From contig OX597819.1 in the NCBI GenBank assembly GCA_951406725.2, positions 44,888,001-44,952,000 on the forward strand: DNA of 64,000 bases, written 5' to 3'. Position 1 is the stretch's first letter; every line of letters begins with the position of its first letter. This stretch comes from Octopus vulgaris. Its lineage: Eukaryota. Shown in pieces: positions 26,386 to 41,282 of the stretch. Made by a program: the position numbers and the translations under genes. The notes below the pieces were generated by a model. That model saw only the letters and a list, made by a program, of their open reading frames with translations. It made no database searches and was not told where the DNA came from.

Positions 26386-26792
26386 TAGAACAAGAGCACC
26401 CAGAGAGTGCAAACCTCCGCCTAGGCAACACCAACGTCCTCCCACCGATTGGCCGGAGATGATTATTAAATTGAGAATATCTGAAATAAACTCGATTGCT
26501 CTCACAAACGAGAATACTAAAAATGAGCCCGACCGCTCTCAGAAATTAAGTAAAGAAAAAACGTAATAATACTCCAGAATCTGTGTCAGGTACAGAATCG
26601 ATCCCAGTATCTAATCAGTTCGTGCCAGTCACGAGGCCAAACAACCGTGAAAGATTCATCCGAATCCGTCCAGCGGTTCTTGTGATATCTTGTCCAGGGA
26701 CAAACGAACAAACAAACGAACAAATAAAAACAAGTAAACAAACAAACACGACTGAAGACAATAACTCCGCCTTCTATAAGGCGGGGGTAATA
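26386..26792 (-). mobile_element. Helentron-associated / DINE-1-like non-autonomous element
   Basis: Minus strand has a 5' palindrome ccgccttatagaaggcgg, a (GTTT)n tract, and a 3' subterminal ggcggagg followed by the stem-loop gcactctctgggtgc. Confidence 0.6.
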
Positions 26793-27181
26793 AGACTGAT
26801 ATCTTAGGTTCAAGGTAAATCTATAAGAATCATAGTATTGCGTATTAAAGTTATATATTATGGTGTTATTGTTATATATAACTGATTCCACTTAAGGAAG
26901 AATGAAAGTGGTTTAACTCAAAGGAGGTTAAAGAGACCATCGAATTTAGTACTTGACTGGTACTTTGTTTTATTGATCCACAAGGGCAAAGGTGACACTG
27001 GCGAGATTTGAAATCAGACCGTAAGAATGACAAACAAATAAGGCGAATTATGATTTTTTCCAACAACGTGAAGATCCTATCAATGAACATCTAATAGATA
27101 TATAACCATACATACATACATACATACATACATACAAATATACACGCATGCATACATGCATATACACATATATATATATAT

Positions 27182-27226
<45 letters not shown>

Positions 27227-27294
27227 TACATATCTATCTATTTATCTTATCTATCTATCCATATATGTATCTCTCTCTTTCTAAATGTATACAC

Positions 27295-27367
<73 letters not shown>

Positions 27368-27869
27368 CGTTGTGTATAATGTAAACAGAGTTAGCGGTTA
27401 TAATAACCGACTAAGGGATAAAATATCCCTATATATTATCGGTATCCGTTACCCGTATTCTCCCTGGGCATTGCTGTGGAGGCACACCATACACGTAGAA
27501 AGCAGGTAACAACAAGACAAACAAGAGTTTATGAAGAACCAATGCAAATAATCAGAAAATGGAGAAAACTTCAGATTAACCAACACATCGATTAGACCGC
27601 ATTTATAGCTTATTTTGTAATACATAGCACGATATAACAAATAGGTGACGTAATATATCTTACGGCCGTTTTTGATCGTTGCCAAAATGGTGTCTATAAA
27701 TAAAAGCGAGAATAAAGTTCTTCATTTTCATAGGACATTCGAATTAAGGCATGGAGCTTCATCAGAGTAAAAGAACAAGAGAATATATATATATATATAT
27801 ATGTATATATGCAGAGCTCACCGTTAACACACATCCATGCATATACATATGCAATATTAGAATACCTAA

Positions 27870-28075
27870 AGGTGGCGAGCTGGCAGAAACGTTGGCACGC
27901 CGGGCGAAATGCTGTCTACATGTTCTGAGTTCAAATTCCGCCGAAGTCGACCTTGCCTTTTATCCTTTCGGAGTCGATAAATTAGCACCAGCTGCGTACT
28001 GATGGTCGATATAATCGACTGCCCCCCTCCACCTCTAAAAAAATGTCGGGCCTTGTGCCAAAAGTAGAAAAGAAT
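27870..28075 (+). mobile_element. SINE family 2
   Basis: ggtggcgagctggcagaaacg..gagttcaaattccgccg..gggccttgtgcc..agaaaag. Confidence 0.85.
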
Positions 28076-28309
28076 ATTTCAATACCTAACAAATTTTTTC
28101 AAAGGGAACATCAAATATTATGCTGCAAATTACGTACATGTACAAAAATATATATACATACATAGGCACATACACACATACATTATATATACATATATAC
28201 ATATGTGTGTGTGTGTGTATAGTTCAGATTTTTAGAAAATCTAAGACGAAGACAGGCGTAGGAACACCAAACTAGTGTATTAGTTTGACGCTCGGAAAAA
28301 ATGGAAAAA

Positions 28310-28345
28310 CTTTTATGTTTCGAGTTTACGCTCTTCGACAGAAAG
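28310..28345 (-). ncRNA. HHR-like motif, family A copy 2
   Basis: cttt-CTGTCGA-a-GAGC gtaa ACTC-GAAA-CA-TA-aaag. Confidence 0.4.
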
Positions 28346-28589
28346 GAATAGGGGGAAATAAACAGAGAATGAAAAAAAACGTGTTGTGTTCAGTAGTCCA
28401 ACAAAGGGTGTGTGTGTGTGTGTGTGTTTATCAGTTTGTGCATATATGCATATTATATAAGTATATATTTATCTTTTAGGATTTGTGTAAACCAATACAT
28501 ATTTTATACGATATATGTGTGTGTGTGCGTGTGTGTGTGCTTGTGTGTGTGTGTGTTTGTGTATGTGTTTTGTTTGTGTGTGTTTGTGT

Positions 28590-29205
28590 GTGTGTTTTGA
28601 ATGTGTGTGCCGGTTTGTTTATGGAACCGCATCCTAGCGGTTCGGCAAAAGAGCCCAATAGAATAAGCACAATGTTTTTTTGAAAACAAAATAGTACCAG
28701 TGTCGAGTCGTTCGTCTAAAAAATATTTTCAACGTTCTGCCCCAGCATGGACGCAGTCAAATAACAAGTAAGAGATAAACGATAAAAGATAAAGCAATGG
28801 CTGTCTTTCGTTTGTAAACCCCTAAATATTCGTTTGTTAACGGCAGGGATGTGTGGTTAAGAAGAACGCTTTAAATCCACGTGGTTTCAGGTTCAGTTTC
28901 ATGGTGCTGTATCTTTGGCAAGTGCATTCTTCTGTAATACTGTGCCGACCAAAGCTTTGTTGGGTGAATTTGGTTGACAGAAAACTGTGCGGAACATCGA
29001 AGTATATATGTTTGTATGTGTGATATTGTTTCCTTTTTGTTTGTCTACGTCCCTGTTACTTAACAGTTCGATATAAGATGATTGAGAAAATATGTACCAA
29101 ACTCAAAAAATAAGTTCTGGTCTTGATTTGTAGGAGTTAAATCTTTCAAGGTGGTGCTCCAGCATGGCAGCAGTCTAACGATTAAGAAAGTAAAAGATAA
29201 AAAAG
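28590..29205 (+). mobile_element. Old SINE family 1 copies (3' module 28590-28792; full copy 28843-29205)
   Basis: Degenerate matches to family 1 modules. Confidence 0.75.
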
Positions 29206-30404
29206 AAGACATATGCTAAAAATAACAATATTTATACGGACCAAAAATTTGCTAGAAACAGCAGCCAAAACAGCTTGAATGACACCTTATTATCATACAA
29301 GAGGAAGGGCTTATTCGATAATAAAATCTAACAAGATTGTCTGAAGAAAATATCGGAATGGTTACAACTGGGATATATTTTCCGTTTAATGTAATCAATC
29401 AGGTTTGCCTTGTGGGCTAAGCGTCAAACAACAACAGTAGCATATCAACACTCACACACACACACATACACACACACACATACACACAGACACACAGACA
29501 CATACATACACACACACATGCACAAACACCCACACATGCAAACGCGCACAAACTTAAAGGGAAACACACACATACTTTCACACGCAAATATACATATACA
29601 AAATATATACGCGTGCAGTCTTATGTACACAGATGAACAACCATAATATAAGTACATACAATTATATAGATATATACAGAAACACGTGTGATTGTTGTAC
29701 AGTATGTATTGGCTGTATGTTTAGCCTGTAGCATATACGTGCGCTTGTGTGCTTGTGTCTATGTGTATATGTGTGCTTGCATATGTCTGTAGTCCTGTGT
29801 TCACGTGTGTTTGTGTGAGTGCCTATGTATGTTTGTTACAAATGTGTTTGTCCAGCATGCATTTACAGGAACAAATTACCCAACCATATATAAATCTAAT
29901 AGTGCCTAAGATTTAAGAATCTACCTACCTACATATCCTTTGATCCTTTAATCCGATAATCCAGGAATACAGAAAACATTCACAAAGAATCCGTAACATC
30001 TTTAATACTGCCATGATGATGGTATTTCTTACATGCGCGCACTCTCACGTAAAAACAGATAACTGACAGATTGTAGATTGACACAAAGACATACATACGT
30101 AAACATGGCCTGAATAGATTATATAAAGATCAACAGATAAGGATATATGTGTGTTTGTATATGTTATATAGGACCACGGAAAGCGAAGACATACCAATGA
30201 AACTACATTTGGTCAATAATAAGGTCAAGTTGTAATACTTTATGCTATAAGCTCAATATATTTACCAATGTTGATCTTTCATGGTTTTAGCAATGTGGGT
30301 TGTTGTAATATGTGTGTGCGTCTATATATGTGTGTATATAAATCTACTTACAGTTTATACATACATATCCATAATATATTTATATATATATACACGTATA
30401 TATG

Positions 30405-30458
<54 letters not shown>

Positions 30459-31389
30459 TATGTGTATATGTGTAAGTATATATGTATATGTCTATGTGTG
30501 TGTGTGTGAATGTCTATAAGTATGTATGTATATATATAAATTTATATAAATGAAAACAGGAAGAACTTTTATGCGAAAGTTTGTAAATACGTACACACCC
30601 CTCAGTATATGCCTATATGTATGTATATGTGTGTGATATACATACATACATACATATATATATATATATATTTTTATATTATACTTATAACATTTACGCA
30701 CATGCATGTATAAATATATTTATTTTTACATATAAATGTATATCTATACATACATATATTTATGTATGTATCTATGTATATATATATATAATGTATATAA
30801 ATGTGTTTCTTTCTGGGCTTATGCGTGAGTGTGTGGACATGTACATATAATGTGTATAGTACACGTACAATTTCAATATTTTGTCGTTAGCTATATTCGA
30901 GGGTGTTTTAGTTTAGTTAAACTAAAGGCAAACGTCACATTCACGTTAGATGTTAGATATTTTTTATGTCCCCGTTTGCAGGGCTGCATTCATATACCTA
31001 TGTCTAGTTGTTTGAATGTTCTACTTTTATTATACGTATGTGTTCGTGGCTTTATTGTGCATGTGTTTGTTGTGCATAGAGATAATTATATATCTGAATG
31101 GAGCGATGAACGTGCGGAAGCGTGCTTGTAAATCAATGTAAAGCATGTAGGCAGTATATGTCATTCACTGTCGTATATGCTCCCATGTTTCAATCCAGTA
31201 TATTTATATCTATGTATGTATATGAGATTCGGGGATAGATAGATAGATAAGAGAGAGAGAAAGATAGATAGAGAGAGAGAGAGAGGGTGACAGAAAGAGG
31301 GGGATTGTGTGTGTATATGTGTGTGAGTTGGCACACACGTACGCATAAACATATATACATATATACATGCATACATACATACACACATA

Positions 31390-31423
<34 letters not shown>

Positions 31424-32306
31424 CACATACACACACACACATAATATATATATACACACGCACACACACGCATATACAACCACATAGGGATAGGCGTTTA
31501 AGCGCATACATACTAACAAGCAAGTCGCTCCAAATAAAATTTAAAAGAAACGCGCATACAGATACAGGCAGAAACATATTTATATTTAAAATGTGTAGTG
31601 CTGTGAGACAAGCATATCCGCACCGTCACAGGAACACACCTATATATCATGCTGTATAGAGAGAAATATAGGGAGTAGAATATCACATCCTTTGAGTGAA
31701 TTGTAATGGCATTCAGCTAAGTGCAGTAATGCACTTCAAAACCAAACCAACCAAGCGTGTCGGTTTGTATACATAAAGAAGGAACTCAGTTTCTTCATTG
31801 CGTGACTTAACAAACACCATACATACAGACGACCGCTTACAAACGCACACATACACACCACATGCGCATGTATGTATGTATGTATGCATGTGGGCATGTA
31901 ATTACGTGTGTATATATATGTATATATATGTGTGTGTGTTTGTGTGTATGTGTGTGTATGTGAATGCACAAATTTGTGTGTATGAATTTGTATATATATA
32001 TACATATATATATATATATACATGTATATATATATGTGTATATATGTATATATATATATTTATTTATACATGTGTGTATACATATGTGTGTGTGTCACGC
32101 GCCCGCCTATGTGTGTACACATCATACACATCTATATAGCCAAGCGTGTGCATGGTGATACTTCACACGCTTCACACACACACACACACATACACATACA
32201 CTTATATTTGTATGTGTATATATGAATATGTGTGTGTAGGTGTCTAGGGACACATTCGTGTGTGTATATATGTATATAAATATGTGTATATATATATATA
32301 TATGTA

Positions 32307-32432
<126 letters not shown>

Positions 32433-32533
32433 TATACACGTATAGTTCAAATTTACGGAAAACGAAAGACGAAGAAAGGTGAAAGAAAAACGAACAGGTG
32501 TATTTGTTTAACGCCCAGGAAAAATGGAAAAGT

Positions 32534-32569
32534 CTTTTACGTTTCGAGCCCACGCTCTTCGACAGAAAA
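32534..32569 (-). ncRNA. HHR-like motif, family A copy 3
   Basis: tttt-CTGTCGA-a-GAGC gtgg GCTC-GAAA-CG-TA-aaag, in an element flanked by (TA)n. Confidence 0.5.
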
Positions 32570-32771
32570 GAATAAGTGGGAAAATCTGGAGAGAGAATGA
32601 AAAAACGGAGGGAGAAAAAATGTGCAGAGTTCAAAGTTCCAACATGGCCAGTATATATATATATATATATATACACATACACATATACACGCATTCACAC
32701 GTACATACACATATACGAAATGTTGTGGCACGACGGATTTTTTTACATTGTAAGAAAAGAGTGAAAAATAT

Positions 32772-32802
<31 letters not shown>

Positions 32803-33837
32803 GGCGTATGTATGTGTGAGTGTGTGTGCGTGTGTGTGCGCGCGACCGGGTGTGTGCGTACATGTCTCGTATGGTAAAATTCCCGAAATTACGGGGCGAA
32901 TCCTTCATTAAATGCAAGGCGGTAGAATGTTCATCTTCTGCTGTCTACATCGTTACCTACTCAACTGATGTTCTGTCGCCACTTTCCCGTTTTGATTTAC
33001 CCGGGATATATACTGGCTGTCTTTCCAGCAGCCGAACACCCGTCCAGAAGCTGAACGCTATGCTTAAAACATAGTTAACATATGTATTCATCATTTCATT
33101 GATGAGATTGGAACGTGAATATTGCTCGAACTTACCTCCGTCATCTTTTTTTTATTATCAATTCCGACGATTCTTTCTTCTGGAATGAAAAATATCTCGT
33201 TTCGTTGCATGAAAGCAGGACTGCAGAAATGATATATGGTCATTTATGGTACTTGCTTTATCAGGTCAGGATTTTTAATCCAATTCAAAATCAACGAGAT
33301 TTCCATTCTGATCATAAAAGAACGTTTTTAACAATTATATAGCATCTTGACTAAGACTTCGACGTGTGTTATGCAATGTTGCTCTCTGAAAAAAAATAAT
33401 TATGAACAGATGGAGACAGGATCATATCTTCGTCTTTCGTCACATTTATAAAATTCTTCGTTGGAAGTACGAAAACGTGAAATGTTTTATTGCCAACGGT
33501 ATTTTTCAAAATTTAGATATGTGGTAGAAAATGAAATAGATATGGGAAATAATTAGAGTACATAATGTGAGAACGTTCTCACCTGTCGAGTTCACAGCAA
33601 GGCTGGCTTAAGACCCTTATAGGCACTAAGCACTCAAGAGATTTTGGTATCCCCATATATTGGGTTGTAGCTTACCTTTCGACTTATTTTAGAACATGGT
33701 TGAGTCCATAAAATAAGATTTGACTACACCTTCATTTAGAGTACAGTTTATGCTCTCTTTTTGTGGAAGAAGATTTATGTTCCTATAACCTGTGTTAATT
33801 CTGTAGCCATTTAAAATGGAAGATAAGAAAGTTCATT

Positions 33838-34206
33838 TTCGACACTTTATGCTTTGGGAACCAGACAAAAATTACTGCAGCTCGGCTAGGATCTGTTAGT
33901 CCTCCGTTTCCTCCATATTCACAAGATATTGCCCCTTCGGATTTCCACTTATTCAGGTCTCTGCAGAATAGTCTTAATGGTAAAAATTTCAATTCGGTGG
34001 ATGACATAAAAAGATTCCTTGATGAATTCTTTGCTATGAAACCACCTCAATTCTGATAAGAGGATATTTTCAAGTTAAAGGAAATATGGAGACGCATTGT
34101 GCAACGAAATGGTTCATATTTGGTTGATTAAAAATGTAATAGCAAGTATTTATTGACCTTTTTCTTTCCTTTAAAAATCGGCACGAACTTTCCAGAAAAC
34201 CCAATA
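33838..34206 (+). mobile_element. Mariner (DD34D) 3' fragment with right TIR
   Basis: Translation TRQKLLQLG*..PPYSQDIAPSDFHLFRSLQNSLNGKNFNSVDDIK..WRRIVQRNGSYLVD*; ends cacgaactttccagaaaacccaa-ta. Confidence 0.88.
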
Positions 34207-35410
34207 CATGTAATTCAAAATATAAGCAATAATAAACAATAAAATAAAATTGTAACATGGAAAATAATGTTTATTTTTGTATAATCTACTTTATTTATAT
34301 TTGAAAATTTTCTACTTTTTTCAATTGAAAAATATTTGATCAGATCCTCGCTATAACACATCATGAACACTTCGAACTTATATTTCCGATCACATAAATC
34401 ACACAAATAATATGTTAGCAAGTTTAAAATGATTTTTTTGTGCGTCGTGAACCATTTATCATTTCTGTGATGCCCCCTTTCTTTGATGCCCTAAACACGT
34501 ATTTATTTTGGGGCAGTGAAAGGATTAGTGAAGCTAGTATCTCATCACGTTTTTCTTGTTCCTTGAATGTTACCAATTTTAGAGAGGGCAGAGAATTCAA
34601 CTTCAGAGCTTTACTTGTACTTTATTTATCAATGAAATCAAAATCGGCCTCGGTGGAGTTTTAACCCAGGGGTTAACGAGCTAAAACACACACCGCAGCA
34701 ATTTTTATCATATCGAGCATACAAAGTCGGTGCCCTACGATGTTTCTGTTCCGGGATTATATCAATTTACTGATATTGATAAGGAATTAATGTTAACGAT
34801 CGACTAGACAATGATAACATTGGCTACTTTGATGCATTGAAGTGAAATATACAACTTTATATTGCTTCGGTAGACTTTAAACCATTTTAGGAACCAGAAA
34901 TATCTACAGTTCCCTGGCAATGATGTACGGTATCTGTATCATTAACTAGATTATAAAGTAATCGCCTTTAGATTGGATGATGGTTATCGAGAGTAATCTT
35001 AGCAGTGAACAAGAATTAAACTCAGCATTGCAAAGAAACGGATAATTCTTCGGTTTATTAATAGCCGGTTAAATTCTTCGCTTTATTAATAGCCGGTTAC
35101 AGTTAGGTAGTCTCTTCTGTTGTGGTTTAGTAATCTTGCTATTATTTAAGAAGATCTACTGGTAACAGGTAGAAGTACAATAACGAGCTTTAGATTTATT
35201 ATCCAGATGTGACCCTATTCATATAATCAGTAGGGATCATCAGCGTTACTTAATTTATCGAATTAGAAAACAGGTACCACATCATGTATGAAAACGTACG
35301 ATAATTCATGAATACTGCAATGCCTTCGTATAACTGCAAATGGATTTCATGAATTAAATGTTCTGGAGATACGCTTAAACACATCTACTTATTCTGAGCT
35401 ACTACTAAAT

Positions 35411-35721
35411 CGGTGGTTCCTATAGTGGGCGGCATCCCCGGAGGGTGGGGGTGGAAGGATTCAGGACGGGATGGTGTCATTAAAGAGAAATTGATGCGAT
35501 AATGTGGTGGCAAAAAAGGGGCTGAGGATGGAAAAGCAAACAAATTAACGTTTTAATTAGTTTAAGTTTTATTTGTGAAATGCAGTTGTTTTGAAATTAA
35601 CAGCAGAAAATTGTTTACGTGTGTAATGGTGGGTGGGGTGGGGTGGGGCTGCGACGCTAGAAATGGGGCCCGGGTGCCAAGGGGACAGCTGCCCCCCCCC
35701 CCAAAGGTTTCGGAATCACTG
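35411..35721. mobile_element. hAT-type MITE
   Basis: TIRs cggtggttcc / ggaatcactg; 8-bp TSD tactaaat / tattaaat. Confidence 0.7.
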
Positions 35722-36239
35722 TATTAAATGGTTTCACCGGAAGTCTAGGAAGAAAGCTCCAAAATATCTTAGACATTTGTTCAATTTTCTACTCTATGAT
35801 CACCATTCGGAGTTATGAATCTTACGTTCCTATTCATGTTTACGAACAACTTCCAGCCGCTTCAGATCAGGCATATCATCTTTCATCTACTCCTACCACC
35901 CAATCACATAAGAATAGCTTTCATAAGATACGGGTTCAACTGTTTCTATCTAGAAAAATGACTCAGTAAACAAAACAGGTGTGGGAGATTGTTTGGTGTG
36001 TGGTGTTGGTGGAGTGTAATTCGTCTTATGATGTCAGTAAACATTGACATGAAAAGATAAAAGAAACAATAATAACAAAATAGATAATTGAAAGAGAAAC
36101 CGAGAGAAAGACAGATAAAGAGAGAGAGAGAGAGGTGGGAGACAAAGAGAGAAGTGGAATGAAAGATAGACAATGAAAAAATATATTTCAAAGAGAGAAG
36201 AAACTGCAACAAAGAGAAAGTGTGCTAAGTTTTGAAGCT

Positions 36240-36291
<52 letters not shown>

Positions 36292-36404
36292 CTATTTTAA
36301 AGCGCTTGAGTGTTGTAATGATAATTTTCGGAGTCGCAAGAGGAGGAAATGATGGATGTTAGAGAAGGAAATTGCATGTCATAAGTATATAACAATATGG
36401 AAAA

Positions 36405-36665
36405 TCCTTTCTACGGAAGGTACAAGGCCTGAAATTTTGGGGGAGGGGACTAGTCGATTACGTCGACCCCAGTGTTTCACTGGTACTTATTTTATAGAGC
36501 CCGAAGGATGAAATGTAAAGTTGACATCGAAGGCATTAGAACTCAGAACGTAGCGACGTGCGAAATACCTATTTCTTTACTACCCGCAAGGGGCTAAACA
36601 CAGAGGGAACAAACAAGGACAGACAAACGGATTAAGTCGATTACATCGACCCCAGTGTGTAACTG
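36405..36665 (-). mobile_element. Nested SINE family 2 pair
   Basis: Has the same tail-to-body junction (aaagaaata-ggtatttcg) as at 22712. Confidence 0.8.
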
Positions 36666-37227
36666 GCATCATATTGAAAGACTTCAGGCAAAAATCTTAC
36701 CTCCTCATTTATATGACTGTCCCAATCGATATAAACGTATTTGTCTAGACCTACCAAAAACTGAGCAAGTAGTCTTTAGTCAAATAAATGAAGCCTAGGA
36801 CTTGCTGATGGTTCAGTTTATCATCCCACGAGAGATTAAAAGTAATAGTGGCGAAATTTGAACTCAGAAGAGTCCACCGATTCTACCAACCGAGGATGTA
36901 CATTGATGTGTCTGACAATGTGAAAAGACGAGATATAACTGCGCACAAATAGCTATAATCTTTTAATCAGACTAGAAATTTTCTGATCTAACTACAAACA
37001 CATGATATTGTCAGCTGACATGCTAGAAAAGAAGCAAGAAAAAAAAACAACTTTCCGTTGAACCAAATACTATAGTCTTAAAACAAAGGAAGAACACATT
37101 AGATAATTCCGACCTTAATATACTACGTCTAAAACTAAATAGATTGGATATTGTCACGGTTAAATCACCTGTGATTATAAGTCTGCTTGATCGCAGCTGA
37201 CCTGGAACTAATCAACGTATTTATCAA

Positions 37228-37672
37228 CAACAACAATGTCGCGACGAAGCAGTTTCTCGAATTAGTTTAATATAAGATACAAAAAGTGAAGTGTGAACAT
37301 GGCGGGTAAAAGCAACAACACACTCGGTAACAATCGGTGCATTCGGGTCAGCAGATACGAGTGCAAAGCAATACGTTGAGAAAGTACCTGGCAACGCTGT
37401 CTCGCTCAATACAAAAGACTCTCATTTTACGGTACTTCACATTGCCTTATGTAGAACATGGTTTATTTATAATGATTCGATCAAAAGAAACTTTGTTATG
37501 ACTATCGCTTGCTCATTGTTCAGCGTTTTATTTAAGCTTTGTCTGTTTACTTCTTGCATGTTGAACCTGTAAGAAGTTATTCACCACTTCTAACAGCTTA
37601 CGTCTTCTGATGGTCACATGTCGATTGATGAATACAAACACTCAATTGAAATTGAAGTGAATTACATAATGT
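37228..37672 (+). mobile_element. 5'-truncated Dong/R4-like non-LTR retrotransposon 3' end, followed by a (TAA)n array
   Basis: Translation YKDTKSEV*TWRVKATTHSVTIGAFG..YVEKVPGN resembles the R4-clade C-terminus (W..K...P.IIGALG). A homologous copy lies at 47655-48125. Confidence 0.65.
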
Positions 37673-37726
37673 AAATGATGACGATGATGGTGATGATAAC
37701 GACAAAGACGACGACAACAGCAACGA

Positions 37727-37799
37727 CAATAATAATAATAATAATAATAATAATAATCATAAAAATAAAAATAAAAATAATAATAATAATAATAATAAC

Positions 37800-37889
<90 letters not shown>

Positions 37890-37906
37890 CATAAAAATAA
37901 AAATAA

Positions 37907-37983
<77 letters not shown>

Positions 37984-37992
37984 TAATAATAA
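37727..37992. repeat. (TAA)n microsatellite array
   Basis: Directly visible. Confidence 0.95.
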
Positions 37993-39021
37993 TAGACTAT
38001 TATTATATTTTGAAACACGTTCATTCACGCTCACAACAAAGTATTACAAAGGTATAACAAAGACATGTGGAAATGTACGTATCTAGCCATGTAAAAACGA
38101 AAGATGCGGAAAGTGTGCTACACGATATATTAAAAAAATATTACAAGTTTAAAAGAGTATTTCATAAAATAAAAGAATAAGATACACATATATTGATGAA
38201 ACTGAGATAAAAGAGAGCAAAATTATATAGAAAACAACAAATAAGGGCAACCTTCTGCTCACGCACGCGCGCACACAAGTTTAACAGCCAACACCTGTGT
38301 TTGTTTAGGAAAACCGTAACTCTCATTACCTTATGTTTCTATGTACTCCAAACGTGTAACTCGAAACTCAGGTGCCGGGCTGGGTGACAATAGGCCACTG
38401 TTTAGAAAGCTAAGGTATATCTGTTCATATAACCTTAAATTGGTCTGTATGACCAACTAATCTTCATAATCTATCCGTTGTAGGATCAACCGAGTGGAAG
38501 CCATCTCCTCTGACTGTACATTATGTATTTCTTCTTCATTCAGTTTGTTTAAATGATCCGTTATTCTTAAGGCTGAGGTAGGTGTGTGGGTGTTCTCATT
38601 GAGTCGACTGCTCAACTGGCTCTCTGCTTGTGTTATATTATTTTAAGGGAGTGACAATTTTTTTCTTTTCTCTTTCTGATCATTCTCAGCAATTCAAAGT
38701 CCTTCTCCATAATTCATCTCAGTCACATCATCACAAGGTGAAGGAAATGCACTAATTCATTGCACGCTTCTAAAGTGGTTTTAATGAATATGTCGTTCCT
38801 AAACGTTTCCAATTTAAGTATAGGGTCAGAAATCCTACGGGAAGAGAATAAGTTGGATATATTGTCATAGGTATTTGACCTGAATTTTTCTTTATCAACC
38901 TCTGCTCGATCAACGGCAAAGGTAAATCACATGATTTCAACTTAGAATGCAGAGAGCAAGATAATTTATCTGGCATTCGAATGATTCTGCCAAGTAACTT
39001 CATTAGCAGCAATGTCCCTTA

Positions 39022-39420
39022 TCTATTATATAAGATCCGTTCTGTCTGTCTGTCTGTGTGTGTCTTCTAGGATCTCGGGCATCCTCCATCTGATAGCGCT
39101 CAAATTTCATAGGTAGATACCGACGGTATCAGGGCATGTATAAGTCTTGAAAAAATTACAAAAATCGATTCCAGGTGAGAATGCGATTGATAAAGTCGTG
39201 GGAGCGTGCATTTGTACGCGCAAGTAGATCAGCTGTTGCGATCGATACTACGCGTACGCGAGAAAAATGGAAGTGCAGTTTGCGCAAAAAAAGCCGGCTG
39301 GCTTGAAATAATGCCACAAAATTCAGTATATTTAAGAGACCAAAAAAAAAATATTTGGTTTAAATGTTTGACAACTCAGCACCGTCCATTGGACGGTCGG
39401 GGGTGGGGGCGTTTTACTCG
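39022..39420 (+). mobile_element. Non-autonomous Helitron-like element, copy 2
   Basis: A|TCTATTATATAAG 5' end, (CTGT)n, perfect 3' hairpin accgtcca-t-tggacggt (39381-39397), CTCG|T end, and no TSD. Confidence 0.75.
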
Positions 39421-40006
39421 TTTATATATATAAATAAAACGCTATACATGCTAGAAAGAGACTCGTGGCAGTATGGTTAAGATAGAGTATCCAATGAATT
39501 GCATGACACTTTCCCTCATTTTATTCAAAACTGTGATTATTGACATTTGTTATAGTTTTCGGGCGAGTAAGGAATAATTCCATACACATAATTTCACTTA
39601 AACTCTGCAGATGGAGTCCCCCAACAGAATGCATTTTAATGTCACGGCCACGATATAAAACATACGCATACAAAAACAAGGTGTAATTAAAATATGAATA
39701 CGAAACATAAATTGGCAAACCATAACGCACGATTTAGAAACCATCTTGAATAATGGGTCAAAGAACCACATCGGTTTTGTCAGATACCAGTCCTGGTTAA
39801 GTAAATCATGCACACAATTTTGTTAAAGTCGTTTGTCACATCTATTGCTGACAAGGCTGTGAAACGAACACCAGCCTGTTCCTAGAATGTGTTACTGGCG
39901 AGGTCACCTCATAGGTCTTCCACAGGTTATTTTTGGAATTTATTTTGTGCTGTCTTTTCTACTTGCCGTCAGTCAAGCTTTACCACGCCTATTTAGACTC
40001 AAATTA

Positions 40007-40237
40007 AGGCGGTGAGCTGGCAGAAACGTTAGCACGCCGAGCGAAATGCGTAGCCGTATTTCGTCTGCCGCTACGTTGTGAGTTCAAATCCCGCGAGGTC
40101 GACTTTACCTTTCATCTTTTCGTGGTCGATAAATTAAGTACCAGTTACGCACTGGGGTCGACATAATCGACTTAATCCCTTTGTCTGTCCTTGTTTGTCC
40201 CTTCTGTGTTTAGCCCCTTGTGGGTAGTAAAGAAATA
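40007..40237 (+). mobile_element. Young full-length SINE family 2 with a 17-bp TSD
   Basis: TSD tatttagactc(a/c)aatta at 39990-40006 and 40238-40254. Confidence 0.92.
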
Positions 40238-41069
40238 TATTTAGACTCCAATTACTCCTTCTCATAGCAAGGCAATGTATTGGTATTCTGTGATAACACC
40301 AAAGCTTTGAACCAGCCCGTGCAAATTTCAACAAAGAAACTGTAAGTGGGTGAAGTTTTTATATAAGAAAAATTATGGGATTTTTACATAATAAATCGAA
40401 TTGAAAGTCACTTCTCAGAGTAATTACCAGGTTTTGATTAACAAATGAGTCATGAAATTGTGGCAACCTGTATTACAAGTTTAGGTTTCGTAATTGAAGT
40501 TTAAGCAAGTCGTCTATTCGCGGTAAATTTCCCAGCCATTATCGAATTCAACGGGCAAATATTGCTTATCTGCAGATTGGAAAGACTGCACTGCCTACAG
40601 GTAGAGGCTGAAGTAGTTTGAACATTTCAAGAAAAGTATCCCTGTGATTTTGAAGCAACTTAAGTAATTAGATCAGTGACTACAAAATACATCACTTCTG
40701 CTCGATCAGTCGCTTTACACTGTGACGTTTAACCTTCAGGTTGTTCAAGTTCAGGTGACCACCAATGTTGGGAAATTGTGCTGTCACTAGATTAAGACGA
40801 GTTTAACTTTTCACTTTACAGTTTTCTTTTGAAAGTAGTTTTCGGTACTCAGAGCAAATCCTAAAATAAGAATGACGGCTCCCGGTAAAAACCATCGAAA
40901 GGATCACTAGTTTTTTTTTTTTTTTTGGTTGATCACCTTCCAGTAATCTTATTTCATACACCTTACTGTTTCCTTCCAGTACAATTTCCCTCAACTTGTC
41001 CTCCTTCATAATCAACTGGTTATCCTTAATGATTTCATCGACCTGTTGCTTAATCTTATCACACCGACA

Positions 41070-41282
41070 TTCTTTTCTACTCTAGGCACAAAGCCCGAAA
41101 TTTTGAGTATAGGGTTAGTCGATTAGATCGATCCAGTACCCAAGTGGTATTTAATTTATCGACCCCAAAATGATGAAGGGAAAAGTGGACCTCGGCAGAA
41201 TTTGAATTCAAAACGTAAAGACAGACGAAATACCATTAAGTATTTCGCCAGCCGTGCTAACGTTTCTTCCAGCACGCCGCCT
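41070..41282 (-). mobile_element. SINE family 2
   Basis: Reverse complement of the full head, central domain and tail. Confidence 0.8.
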
